A stretch of 64,000 bases of DNA, taken from assembly GCA_051362555.1 (NCBI GenBank), contig CM120641.1:1178001-1242000 (forward strand). Direction: 5' to 3'. The notes below the pieces were generated by a model that worked only from the letters and a program-made list of their open reading frames with translations, did not search any database and was not told the origin of the DNA. Below, one piece after another: positions 13,049 to 24,778 of the stretch (positions are counted from its first letter, which is position 1; each line of letters begins with the position of its first letter). Source of the stretch: Lingula anatina. Its lineage: Eukaryota > Animalia > Brachiopoda. Both the position numbers and the translations under genes were made by a program.

Positions 13049-14128
13049 TTAGGGACAATCGCCTGCAGACAGAGCAGAGCTTTGTGACTGCGCAGAGAGG
13101 GTGCCAGACACCGTCTCCAGGTGGACAGACTGTGAAGATCCTCCCGGCAGTTTAGGAGACACCACGTCCATCGCTTCGCTTCCTTGGCAGGAAGAGCAGC
13201 ACATCCCTCTGAGCTCCCGTCTGACCTCCACGCCCGATATGACATAGATAAAGAAGTTAATACTGAAATTGATGTCCCACAGCAAGTTGAAGGGGGGCGC
13301 CAGCACAACCAGATGAGGAATCCAATCCACGCGGATGGTCAGGATTAAGCCCAGCAGCGCGTTCGGCATCACCAAGATGATAAACGCCACCGACACCATT
13401 AACAACATGTAGGTGACTCGCTTTGTTTTGTGATCGTTGCGGAAAATGTTGGTGATATAGTCCAACCTGTGGAGTAGGTAAGTGATGTGGATGTTGCAGA
13501 GCAAGATGAGGATCAGCGGCAGCATGCTGACGAAACTGGTGGCGATCACGTAATGCCACACGATGTAAGAGTCTGTCATCCCGCACCCCAGGCCGGGTCG
13601 GTAGTCAGTTAACACGGCGGCGTAGATCTCGATCATCAGGGCTGCCAGGGCCAGACACCCCACAGCTGCTCGGGACACCTTTGGTGTACAATTTTTCCTG
13701 GCCTGCAGTGGAGAGGAGACGACGTAGTGTCGCTCCATTGCGATCAGCACTATCAGCCAAGAGCAGCAGATGTGAACGGCGGTGAACAGGTATTCGCTTA
13801 GCTTGCAAGACAGCGTGGACTCAAACACCACCAGTGGCGGACGCCCTCGAAGCTGCTGCAGGAGATTTATCCAGTGTAGGGAACGAATTACCAAAGACCA
13901 AGTGTCAAATACAGCGAGTGCCGCCAGGTAGTAGCTGTAGGAATGCTTCCTTAACGGTGAGAAGCACATCACAAGAAACGCAGTGCAGTTGCCACAGAGG
14001 CCCAGAATGATCACGAAGGGGAGACCGATAAAACGCAGCCAGAACCCCCACTCAGCCATGTCTGGCGGATTCTGGATAAAGCTGGACCAGTAAGTGGGGT
14101 TCCAATCAGAGATATTGGATTGATTCAT
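13049..14128 (-). CDS. Class A (rhodopsin-like) 7TM GPCR, FMRFamide/sex-peptide-receptor-like or molluscan chemosensory-type; intronless CDS, 359 aa
   Basis: Seven hydrophobic segments; GLCGN (TM1), LAVFD (TM2), ECL1 Cys, IAMERH (DRY variant), FIILVMP (TM6), NFSINFFIY (NPxxY variant), N-terminal NxS sites, C-terminal CC. GC-rich relative to flanks. Confidence 0.93.
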   Translation of the reverse strand: MNQSNISDWNPTYWSSFIQNPPDMAEWGFWLRFIGLPFVIILGLCGNCTAFLVMCFSPLRKHSYSYYLAALAVFDTWSLVIRSLHWINLLQQLRGRPPLVVFESTLSCKLSEYLFTAVHICCSWLIVLIAMERHYVVSSPLQARKNCTPKVSRAAVGCLALAALMIEIYAAVLTDYRPGLGCGMTDSYIVWHYVIATSFVSMLPLILILLCNIHITYLLHRLDYITNIFRNDHKTKRVTYMLLMVSVAFIILVMPNALLGLILTIRVDWIPHLVVLAPPFNLLWDINFSINFFIYVISGVEVRRELRGMCCSSCQGSEAMDVVSPKLPGGSSQSVHLETVSGTLSAQSQSSALSAGDCP

Positions 14129-14903
14129 TGTTTCTTCTTACCCCACGGCAGTTTGTCAATCTCTTAATCAAAGATTATGTCTTTGCTCATCACGTAAGCC
14201 AAATATATTTTAAAGCCTACCGTATGACAATATGCTATCGGCCAAGAACTGTATTCCGTGTCAAGTTCCTGATTACAACGTGTAAAAAAGCAGAAACGAT
14301 ACAATTTCAAAAATGAACTCACTGTAATAACTGTAGTGTTTCAACTCTTCCTCGCTCCACTGTGCTCTGTAGCAGTGCTTCAATGGTTTGGTTTCGGTTT
14401 CGTCATTAAATAGGACTTGTCGACATCGCGGTAAGTTATGTCAACATCGCCATGGCAACGTGTACCTCGATTTTCCTTCTCATAGGTCAACAACTCTTCT
14501 TAGTGATATTTTTTTGACAACGTTCACAAAGACTTCCTACGTGTGTGCCACGAAACAGACATACTGCTTGACATGTATCGCGTTCAATCATCGTGCTTCT
14601 AATTATGTCTTATAACGACTCGTATCTACTGTATAATTTCCTCTCTCTGCGTGGTATATTACATATTACATAAACCCCCTTTGATATCGTATATCTGGAA
14701 AGCATACTTGTTTGTCTTTGTTCTCCTGGTGATTGCTTTTTGTCTATCGCCGGGTAATGAATTTTACTTTGTGATAAATGCTGCTTCTTAAAGATGCATA
14801 TGAAGTCAATTTTTTGCCACAAAAACCAACCAAACGACAGCATATAATTCCAAATAGTATAACTAAGAGAATTACCAAAAGATATTGTTTGATATTACCC
14901 GAA

Positions 14904-14986
14904 AAATGATATTTGAACGGATTTTTCTGCCAGCTTTTTATGCTGTATATAAAAAGCTGGCAGAAAAATCCGTTCAAATATCATTT
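14904..14986. repeat. Perfect 38-bp inverted repeat with 7-nt loop
   Basis: AAATGATATTTGAACGGATTTTTCTGCCAGCTTTTTAT-gctgtat-ATAAAAAGCTGGCAGAAAAATCCGTTCAAATATCATTT. Confidence 0.97.
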
Positions 14987-17510
14987 GAGAAAAGAGAAAA
15001 GTAGGTCAAGTAGGTAGGTTACATTTCTGACCAAAAATATAAAAGAAAGGAGCAGTCAAAAGCTCTTTTATGGCTGATCGAGTGGTTTATTCAGTTTTTC
15101 CCTTGGCATGTCGACTTTATTTGAGTCGTATAAGAAACTAGTAGAAGTGGTTTATTTGTATTACTGGGAATCCACGCTCCACTGATGCTCGGTTCATATG
15201 TACCTTTAATGAAGACCATTCCAGTGATTTTTGCCTTTCGTGAAATTTAACCCCCCTACCCCTCTCCACTCCCCCCCACCCCCACCCCCACCCCCACCAC
15301 CACCCGAAACATTAAACTATGTCACTATGGATGGAAGTAACAAAACGTTTGATGAAGAGTGAAAGATAGCTCTATTGAAGGGCAGAGTGGTTATTTGCAC
15401 TGGCCCGGCGTGATAAGCGGAAAAAACAGAGCATCCAACTGAAGTACCCAATAAATGTCTGTATATTGATATTATGTTCAACCCAGAGAGAGAATATCAC
15501 TTTCAAAGAGTACAGAATAAACTAATAAAATGCTTGACTGCTCTTTACAGTGAATACTAATGCGTAATTTCATAAGGATTCATGGCGTAGGTAGGGATTT
15601 CATTAGGAAAACATGACATCCTCAAATAAAGGGAAAATGTCAAATCAAAAATTGAAACCGCTAACATCTATGTCTGTTCTGTCTGACTGTCTGCATTCAC
15701 TCTAATTTGGTGCGGACACACCATGCTTATATCATAGCCCACCCGTCTTGTGGTATCATAACCCCCCCCCCCAAAAAAAAAAATATATATAATAATAAAA
15801 ATAACCTGAAATTTCTGCCAATACAATGCTACTGGTGTCCTCAAAAGTTAACTTTCTTATTATGTGCAGTTGGAAATATTTTCTGCAACAGTTAGTCAAT
15901 AAATCACATAATCCCTCACGAAAATCATTCTACCAATTTCAATATGGCTAAACACCGAAAGTGTCCAAGAATGCTTCGAGAAGCCTTGGATTCCCTTTAA
16001 TCCTAATAAATGTCTCTGGTTAGACAAATTTATCAAAAGTATTGATCACATAGGAAGCTGTAGATGTTTTCAAGGGGTTTAATTGTAATGTTACACCTGA
16101 AACGTGCCGCAGAGTAAATAGACACAAGATCGAATCTCTCACCAGTCCCTTGGGTAGTTGAAGAAAAAAATACAATAAGGGGATATCTAATAATAAGATA
16201 AGAGTTTATTTAGCTAATTAAAAAAAATCGGAAATCATTTTCCTTTTAGAGCAAGTTTGATAATAAATATAATAATGAGAGGGGTGAAGTCGTATCTCTT
16301 TATGTCTTGATTGTAATAACATATCTGGTCGATCACAAAAAAGTCCTGAACCTTAATTATATTTTGATAACTCAACTGTACCAACATATTCCTATGAGAT
16401 TCAACAGAATCTTACTTCTAGTTATCGCCAAAGGCGCCTCAAACATGTGAATCAATAGCTTTTGTGTCAGTTACGTGGTTGTCAAAAAAAAAAAAAAAAA
16501 AAAAAAAAAATAGGGCATAGTCCGATGTTCATTCTCAAGGATATTGGCCCATCTTATTTCCAAAACCTTAATCCATAGACTGCTAGTATTACTGACATTT
16601 TGTTTCAAAAGGGACATTATTCCCAACCATTTTCATCATCCGTTCGATATGATACAATTGTCTAAATCACGAATAATGAGTGGCTTGAAATAGTGTCCTC
16701 AGAAAGGTTGGCAACGTTACCCGGCCTTGCCGCACCTCATCAGTCAACACACGCTGTCATTAACGTCAATCTTAAAGAAATGACAAAATGACGCTGCTCT
16801 GATTATCCATGAAGAGCCAGGAAAATCAGAGTTAAGTGCCAGATTATGAGATGGGTTGCCCTCCGAGTGTGATATAGACATGAGTGCGATCATTGAAGCG
16901 TACTGACTTATCCATGATTGACGCTGTCAAAACCACTGCGATTGTATATTGTATATTGCCAATTGCACTTGTATATTTCGCCTACATGAGGACGAGAAAA
17001 AGCACAAGAGCATAGAATGCATTGGAGCGTATTTAAATACAGGCAAGCCTACTCCAGCGTATACAAGTGCAATTATCCTATTGTACGAAGCACCGGTAGT
17101 GGGATAATTGATATAATGGTACACGAGGCTATAGTTACTCAACTGACATCTAAGCCAATTCTACTGTTTCTATAAACTTTGCGCCGCTCCTCTTACTATT
17201 AATTATCTAGTCCCAACATGTAGGAAAATGCCTGTATATTTCTATAATACCTACAAGATAATGCTCGTCTCACCTCTAGCTTTTTATACGCATTATATCT
17301 ATAACTCTGGTTTTATACGCATTATATCTATAAACTAAAGTTTATGAAAGGGACAGAAAAATTTTCCCATTTTATCACATATTTACAAAAAAAAAAAAAA
17401 AAAAAAAAAAAAATCTAGTGAAAACAGCTGAGGGCTAAGAAAAAGCATATTGTTAAGAATGTACACCAATCAGAAGTTCAGTCCAGTTGACAACATGTCT
17501 ACGTGAAACA

Positions 17511-17791
17511 TTGACATTGGCACCCAATCTGAAGATCCAAAATACAATCTGAAGATCCAAAACATAATCTTAAGATCCAAAATATAATCTGAAGATCCAA
17601 AACATAATCTTAAGATCCAAAATACAATCTAAAGATCCAAAACATGATCTTAAGATCCAAAATACAATCTAAAGATCCAAAACATGATCTTAAGATCCAA
17701 AATACAATCTAAAGATCCAAAATACATTGCATATTGGCATTTGACATTGGCGCCCAATCTAAAGACCCAAAACATAATCTAAAGATCCAAA
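17511..17791. repeat. 20-bp minisatellite (AATCT[GTA]AAGATCCAAAA[TC]A[CT]), about 10 copies plus a partial re-duplication including its left flank
   Basis: Period 20 visible over 17526-17725; TTGACATTGGC[AG]CCCAATCT occurs at 17511 and 17741. Confidence 0.95.
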
Positions 17792-19632
17792 TGTATCTTT
17801 CAGCTCGGAACTCATGTTTTTCGAAATAAGAACAACATGTTATTATAAATATCAATTTTTGTTATATATAGGCGTAACGCTCATTAGGGGCCTTTGATAG
17901 TTTATTTAAATTCTATTAAGGGAATCTAAGTAGCTTACATTGGGTTTTCTTCTCGGCATCATTAGTAAAGATCCGATTATAGAAACTGTTTTTACGTGGG
18001 AAATTCGTAAATAAGAGAGTTACATTTCATTTACTCGTAATGGAATACATAGTCGTAAATGTCATCAAAACTATTTTGTAATAGAAAATTAGAGTCGGTG
18101 AAATCAACTCCAGTGAAATAGCATATGATTCTGTAATAGCATGCTTTCATTGGTTCAATTTTTTGTTATAATTAGACTTTTGCCCAGACTACTGGCGCAC
18201 CCTGTAGTCAGAGAGCAGATATGTGTGTGTGTAAAAAGAGGCACAGCCTACTGGTTCTTTGCGTTGTCGTTTATTATATGTACTATATAATAAGTCCTAT
18301 ATAATAAATACTAGTATACTTTGGATTTCAATTGTCCTTTTCTAATAAATCTCGGCGGGACCTCCACTGGCACCCATCACTAGTCGTTTTATCCTATGCT
18401 ACTTCCCTGTAATCATTCCATATGTATTTTGTACATGTATTTATATAGATGTTATAAAACTAAAAGTATAGTAGAGGGCCTGTAAAATGTTGCCTGTACG
18501 CATTTTAGTGCTCAATAAAGATTATTTTAATATAATCAATTTTGTGACCAATATTGACTGAGACACATTTTAATTATCTTTTAGATGAAAATTATGATAC
18601 TTGTAAATAAATAGAAAAAAAAACACTCCCACCTACTATTTTTACCGAGAACTCAAAAACTGTCAAAAACAAGAAGCAAAACCCTGAAGAAAATCAGTAG
18701 GAAATAAAACCACCGTCCCTCTGAAGGCGATAGTATTGTGATGAATTCGACGTAGCAAAAGAAATGACGCTAATAGAAGGACTCAAATCTTTAATCAACC
18801 GCAAGTGGCAGCTTTAAGGCTCTAAGTAGGCTCCCAGAAGCCGCGGGTGTATTTATACTGACTATATTTCATCCACTGACCTTATCAGCGCGTAGACCAG
18901 TGGCTCAAATGGTGGGGTTTTTTTCCGTGTCCCTGAATAGCACTGGGGTATCATGTGTCTGACGTGTCCGTTGATGCTTTCTTTTAATTTCCTTGTGATG
19001 CTTTTCTTATCAAAGGATATTCACGCAATTGCCTCTGGGTCTGAAGAAAAAACTAGTCAATTTAGAAATGGAGTCGCATAGCGTTTATAAGTCTGTGTGA
19101 GAAATTTAGCGACGAAAAGAATAAAGAAATCAAATTTCCTGTCGCACGTACTAAACCGTTTTCGAGTATTCACCGATCATTCATTTCATTCAATCTTTGT
19201 TGGTCCTTGCACATTGTTAAACGCCATGGCATAACAATTATTCAATATAAAAAAATGGTAACTTACAATAAGATGCATTTACAAACATTTTAAAATTTCA
19301 AGATACATGTTTAACATTAAATCTGCGAGACATGCATTCATATTGTCCCAAAATGCAGTTAACACGCGTTTAAAATCTGCTTAAAACACAACTGGCGCTG
19401 CCAACAACAACAGTTGCGCCCTCTTGGCAGCCTGTCTTTTCCATACATAACGTGGACATGGTATAAGGACAAGCATTTCAATCTCAACCACATCACTGCA
19501 ATTCTTGAAAATTCTAGGGAGCTATGATCCAAGAAAGTGTATCTTCTATCCTAGGAGCTTTGACATAATTATGAAGTTTTGTCCATGCTACGAAAGAGGT
19601 ACTGCACAAGACTCGATTTCTATATCCTCTAC

Positions 19633-19802
19633 CAGGCCCGTAGCCGAGGAGGGGGGGGGGGGGGGGGGTTCGAAACCCCCCTTTTGTTGGGAAAAGGTTC
19701 CCTTTGGGTAAAATTTTATCTAGGCACATGCAGGTTTCATGGTAAAAGGTCCACTTTTTGAGAAAAAGAACCCCCCTTTTGAAATTGCTGGCTACGGGCC
19801 TG
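19633..19802. mobile_element. Short non-autonomous DNA transposon/MITE (CAGGCCCGTAGCC...GGCTACGGGCCTG)
   Basis: 13-bp terminal inverted repeats; a homologous second copy at 44453-44598. Confidence 0.8.
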
Positions 19803-19819
19803 CCTACCTACATTTCTAA

Positions 19820-20056
19820 AGCATAGGTCCCAACCGAACGTACGGGCTGCTACGTGTGGTCTACGGCCAAAAAATGGGGAAAACGTGGGATTTCGTGCTT
19901 GAGGAGCACGTCCATCGTACGACTTTTGGAGTACGCAAACAGCACGTAGAAACTTTTCACCAATTACTTGATTTCTTCCCTGCGATCTAGCTACGTCCTA
20001 GCCGGACGCAATGAACCTAAAAACCGTGCGTCCAAAAAGTAGTTGGGACCTAGGCT
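19820..20056. mobile_element. PIF/Harbinger (Tourist-like) MITE
   Basis: TIRs AGCATAGGTCCCAAC / GTTGGGACCTAGGCT flanked by TAA on both sides (19817-19819, 20057-20059). Confidence 0.75.
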
Positions 20057-20197
20057 TAAGTCATGAGCCCCAACCCTGAGTCGTCCTAGGTGAGGAGATT
20101 ATGCTTTAGAACATCAGATATGGCATTGGTTTCAATGTTATAGTTTGTTTTGATAAATCTATATGTCCTTGGACATAATAACACAATAATTCGCAAT

Positions 20198-20307
20198 TTT
20201 GTCCATGATATGTCCGAATATATGTCCATGATATGTCCATGATATGTCCATGATAATGTCCATGATAATGTCCATGATATGGCCATGATATGTCCATGAC
20301 ATGTCCG
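20198..20307. repeat. 11-12 bp tandem repeat (ATGTCCATGAT)
   Basis: About 9 copies; source of the spurious repetitive ORFs at 20086-20422. Confidence 0.93.
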
Positions 20308-23300
20308 AACTAGTTAACCCTGGCTGTGTCCACGTGTTTCGCTGATTTTTTGGCCAATAAGAGCGCCAGAAATTAACTTTTTCTGACAGTTGACCCATCC
20401 CCCTTTTTTGACCGTCTTCCAACAGAAAAAATTAGATACCCGTTAATGTAAAGTTGAAAACCTGACGTCTTCGGGAAGACCCAGAAGACGGCCTCAATCC
20501 GCACCTGTGACATGTACCTATGAAAGTTAGGCAACAATTTGATTGATAGCTTAGGCGATCTTAGATAAGAGACCATAGCAAAAGATTCACTAAGGCCATT
20601 AGGACAATCAGCTACTAATTAAATTCAATGGATGCAGGTTAATTAGCAAACTGACCTTTGTGTCACGGGATGCCACTATGTGTAAGCCACAAGCTTAAGT
20701 TTATAAAAAAAATAGGGTAGGGTCGTCTCCCCTACCGGTACGAGAGTTGACTATGGCGATCGGCCACTCATGTTAATGAGATAGCAATCGGATGTAATGC
20801 CTATGATCAGTTCCTGATCTAAAGAAAGAGAGTAACGTACCCTAAGGAAGACTTTGAGAAACAAGCAAACCCGACTTTTATCGAGGGGAGGGGTTCAATT
20901 TTTAAAATTGTGTACATTATTTTGAAATCCCCCCCCCAAAATCCGCCACTGCCTTGTGAAATCCTCTTAAAGCGAGATCTAAGTAGTTTGCTTTAAATGC
21001 TTTTTAATGAAATTGCTTCATCTGTACTTCTAAGCAGACCATTTACAAATAATTGTATGTTCTTGGTCTGCGTATTTTTTCATTGCTTGTACCCAGTTTT
21101 CAGAAGTCCAAAACTGAGAATGAAGAGATTTACTTTTTTAGAAAAGAAACATGCATCCTTCTCACCATTACATTTTTATTTCAAAAAAAGATTTACCAGG
21201 TTTTCAAGTATAGCCACAAATAACTAAGTCACGTGAATTGCCATTTTTAGAAATAAATGTACATTTTTGTGTCATATGCCTGTAATTTTTTTGCTGATAT
21301 GACTCCATTAATGTCAAAGAGCTAGATCTAGCCATTTCGTCTCGATCTTCAGGGACAGTGAAGTTTCTGACCATTAACAATTTTTCAGACGTCGTAATAA
21401 CAACATTCCGCTGGACGAAGAAGCCGTTTGCTTTATTCCGTGCAAAAATTCTCGCGGTTAAGCCAAAAATTTTTCTGTAAATATCTGGTGAAAAATTAAT
21501 TTTGTGATCCTGGTAAAGGTTGTAAACACACGGCACTGTAGTTTATAAAAACTTACAAGATAACAAATAATAAAATGAGTGGGTGTAGAATAGATAGATC
21601 GGTTCAAAATAACGATGACTTCTTCTCATTCAAGTGAAAGATGACACAGAGTTCAGGATGATAAGTTGATCAGATGTTACAAGAGCACAAAGGACTTTCG
21701 AAAATGAAAGGCGTGAAAAAGTGAGAACAGCGAGAGAGCACCATTGTGACAGAACTGGTAGTACGCCAGGGAACCGTAGTCCGTCCCCCATTAATTTGCA
21801 CAGGTTAAATCCGTCTCATTTACTAACCCCAATACTCAGACTAACCCAAGTCTGTACTTATTATATGGTACCCTGGACTTCTATTCCTAGGACTACCATT
21901 CCTGTCACCCGGTACACTGTCACCCAGTGCCAGATATATCAAAAACATTCCAAATCCAGAATTGCGCTTTTCAGTCGTATGAGGACTCGTAAACCCCAGT
22001 GACTCACAGAAAGTCTTCCTCGAATCCAGGGACTACATACCGTTGATAGACCTGTATTTCAGCTTATTGGACAATATTTGCATTAGGAGTGCAATTACCA
22101 TCTATAATCCTGTCATTTGAGCCCTGATTAGGAAACTCCCAGGAGAGCTGGAAGCTGATGACTTGGGCGTATGCAGTTGAGTTTTTATTTAGCCGTATAA
22201 TGAGCTGCGCATGTTTCAAGGTTGAACAAAATGTTTTTTTTTCAACATATCGCCCTGCTGTAACCCTTTTTGCTATCATTTTTATTACTTTGAATTTAAT
22301 TGTAGACCGTGTCATAAGGTGATGGCTCCATATGTAATAATGTTAGTGTCAGCGTTTTTTTAAGGATGGGGTCGATAAGAAACTGCCAAAATTTGGGTGT
22401 TTTGTGAAAAAAGGCCATTGAATCGAATGAATTATTTACAAATTAGCAGGTTTAAAATAAACAACAACAACAACAACAACAACAATGAATAAGCACGTTA
22501 TTAAAGTCACTTGACAAGTTTCATGCTTTTGGAACTCATCTTTCTTGTCCATTCGGTTTTCAAAAAGGCAGTTTGCATTATTTGCATTTTTGGAATCCCA
22601 CCCAATCTGAGAAATGAAATCACTTTTTCAACATAAAGCTACATTTGTACATATATACGAGGTAAAAAAAAAAGGATTGTTAGTAGCCGGCTATTGGCGT
22701 AAGCCAATGGAAGCCAAAGTTGTTCTTTTTGGCATTTATTCATCATTTAGAGCGACTGATGATCAGTTAGAACTAGACTAGACGATGCGCCATGGAAATG
22801 TTCGTGATCAGTTTTTCTCATCAAATCGAACAAACAGTAATCTTTTTTAAGTGTTTCCCTAGTTCGCAAATTTCTGTCATTTTGTAAGGGGAATTCACTG
22901 ACTTCATTTATATTCATCTATATCTGACGCGATTTGAGAAGTTTATAGCGACTTCTAGTGCAGCGGGTGATTTCACAAAATAATAAATAACAGGGTAAGC
23001 ACATTGTTGCTACATGAAAATAGAATAGCAACAGTAATATTAAAACATATTCTAATCATTTAACTTTCTGAGATCTAATCACAGAACTGACATCATTGCC
23101 ATTCTTCATATTTCATACTTTACTCGCCACAAGACAGTAACAGCTTTGATGCTGGACAACTGGCGGCTTGCATCCATCACTGTCCTAGTTCTGCCTACTG
23201 CCATCTTGGATAAAACTTTCTCCGGCTTCAGCGTTTTAGACACGAGTAGATCATCACTTATGTCTAACACGTGGAAATCGTACAAGTTGATAGGATTCTC

Positions 23301-24554
23301 TTCTATTGGCTTCTCAATCTACATTAAGAACACATTACGCGTTGACCCACGCTCAGTCTTGGTACGGTCTTAATACACAAAAGAACAAATTTAATTTCTC
23401 ACTTTTATTATTACTTTAACATATTCACCGCTGCGCCACACGATCTCTGTTAAAATACAGAAAGGCATGGCTTCACTCGCCTCAAACTGGCTGAAAACAG
23501 TGCTGCTACTGCATAGCAAAAGAGGAAGAAATCACAGTTTGTAATACAAATACAACATGGGACCTCAGTTCATTTCATTAAAGATTATATGCACTGCCTA
23601 CTATTAAAATCTTAAGCCACCAAAAAGCTGCTGATAAGCTGTATTATTTAGCCCCACCCAACAGTTCTGATATGGGGGTATAAAGAGCACGTGTATTAGG
23701 GATCATATTACCTGAAAGAAACACACGTATTGTCTCTCAAAGAAAACACTTTAATAACAGATGTTGATTTTGACTAAAAAATATTTGCTCACTTGCCTCT
23801 GATGAGATTACAAAGGCAATTTTGATCATCTGCAGTGTCACTTTAACATGTGAAAGCTAAATAAATAAGAGAAATACAATTTCTTTTCTAGAGATTATAA
23901 AGTAGCGTTGTGCTGTCAAGTCAATCCAATTTTTGTCTAAATCAATTTATTTGTAGCTGTTCATTAATCAATTGTTTGAAATAAATTGGGTATTTCATAA
24001 TAAATTATAGGTAAGTTTATATAAAAACTACTCGTTGCGTGGGTTGTTCTCCTTTCTAGATGTTAACCTTCCATTATTTGTTCAAAAAAAGATTTGATAA
24101 AATAATGCAACAGTTGCTCTTATCCCAGATTTCACAACTGTCACAATGGGCACAATCCTGGCATTCACAGCTGTCACAACCAGAACATTTTGTCTCCCAC
24201 AGACAACACACATCTTCTGTTCCCTAAAGCCTTAGCATCACGATTCCTCTTCATAACCTTCACATTGAAAAAATCAGGGTACTTCTGGAGTTTTTTGAAG
24301 ACAATGGTTGTTTTTGGTCAGCTTTTTCTTTGCAAATATTTGAAGACTATAAAGTCATCACCACTTCACACATCCAATTATTTCCATGTATGAGCCTTTG
24401 AACATGGCATCTCCTGCCTGTCATCCATTTCACTTAGTTTGAACTTCAGTTAGACGTGTCATTGTAACAAATAATCCTTTTTGTTCCACACTTCAGACCA
24501 GAAACATCACAGTTGCTTATACTCGAACCGTATCCTAGTTTTCAATCAAAGCTG

Positions 24555-24778
24555 CTACCAGTAATCCTTGCCCCTCAGGTCTCCTTTGCTCCTGTTTGCG
24601 CCGTAAGATTTCCGTGTCTTTGGCAATGTGTGAGATGTAGGGCTGTCTATGGGTTTGAATCCTTTCAACTCTGAGCGTATTCTTTCGATTTCTTGTAAAT
24701 ATTGTTTCTGTTCAGTCTCTGTCAGTAGAGTGGTGGTGGGGCTACCCTCAGTGCCAGGAAATAAAACTTTGTCCATTA
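24555..24778 (-). CDS. CEP170: CEP170 last coding exon
   Basis: (V)MDKVLFP..GKDYW*; tttcttccag acceptor. Confidence 0.85.

Noticed and set aside
17511-17791. CRISPR-like regular repeat
   Set aside because: Head-to-tail 20-bp minisatellite with no spacers.
20086-20422. Repetitive ORFs (SWTLSWT / YHGH / IMDI)
   Set aside because: Translations of the 11-12 bp tandem repeat.
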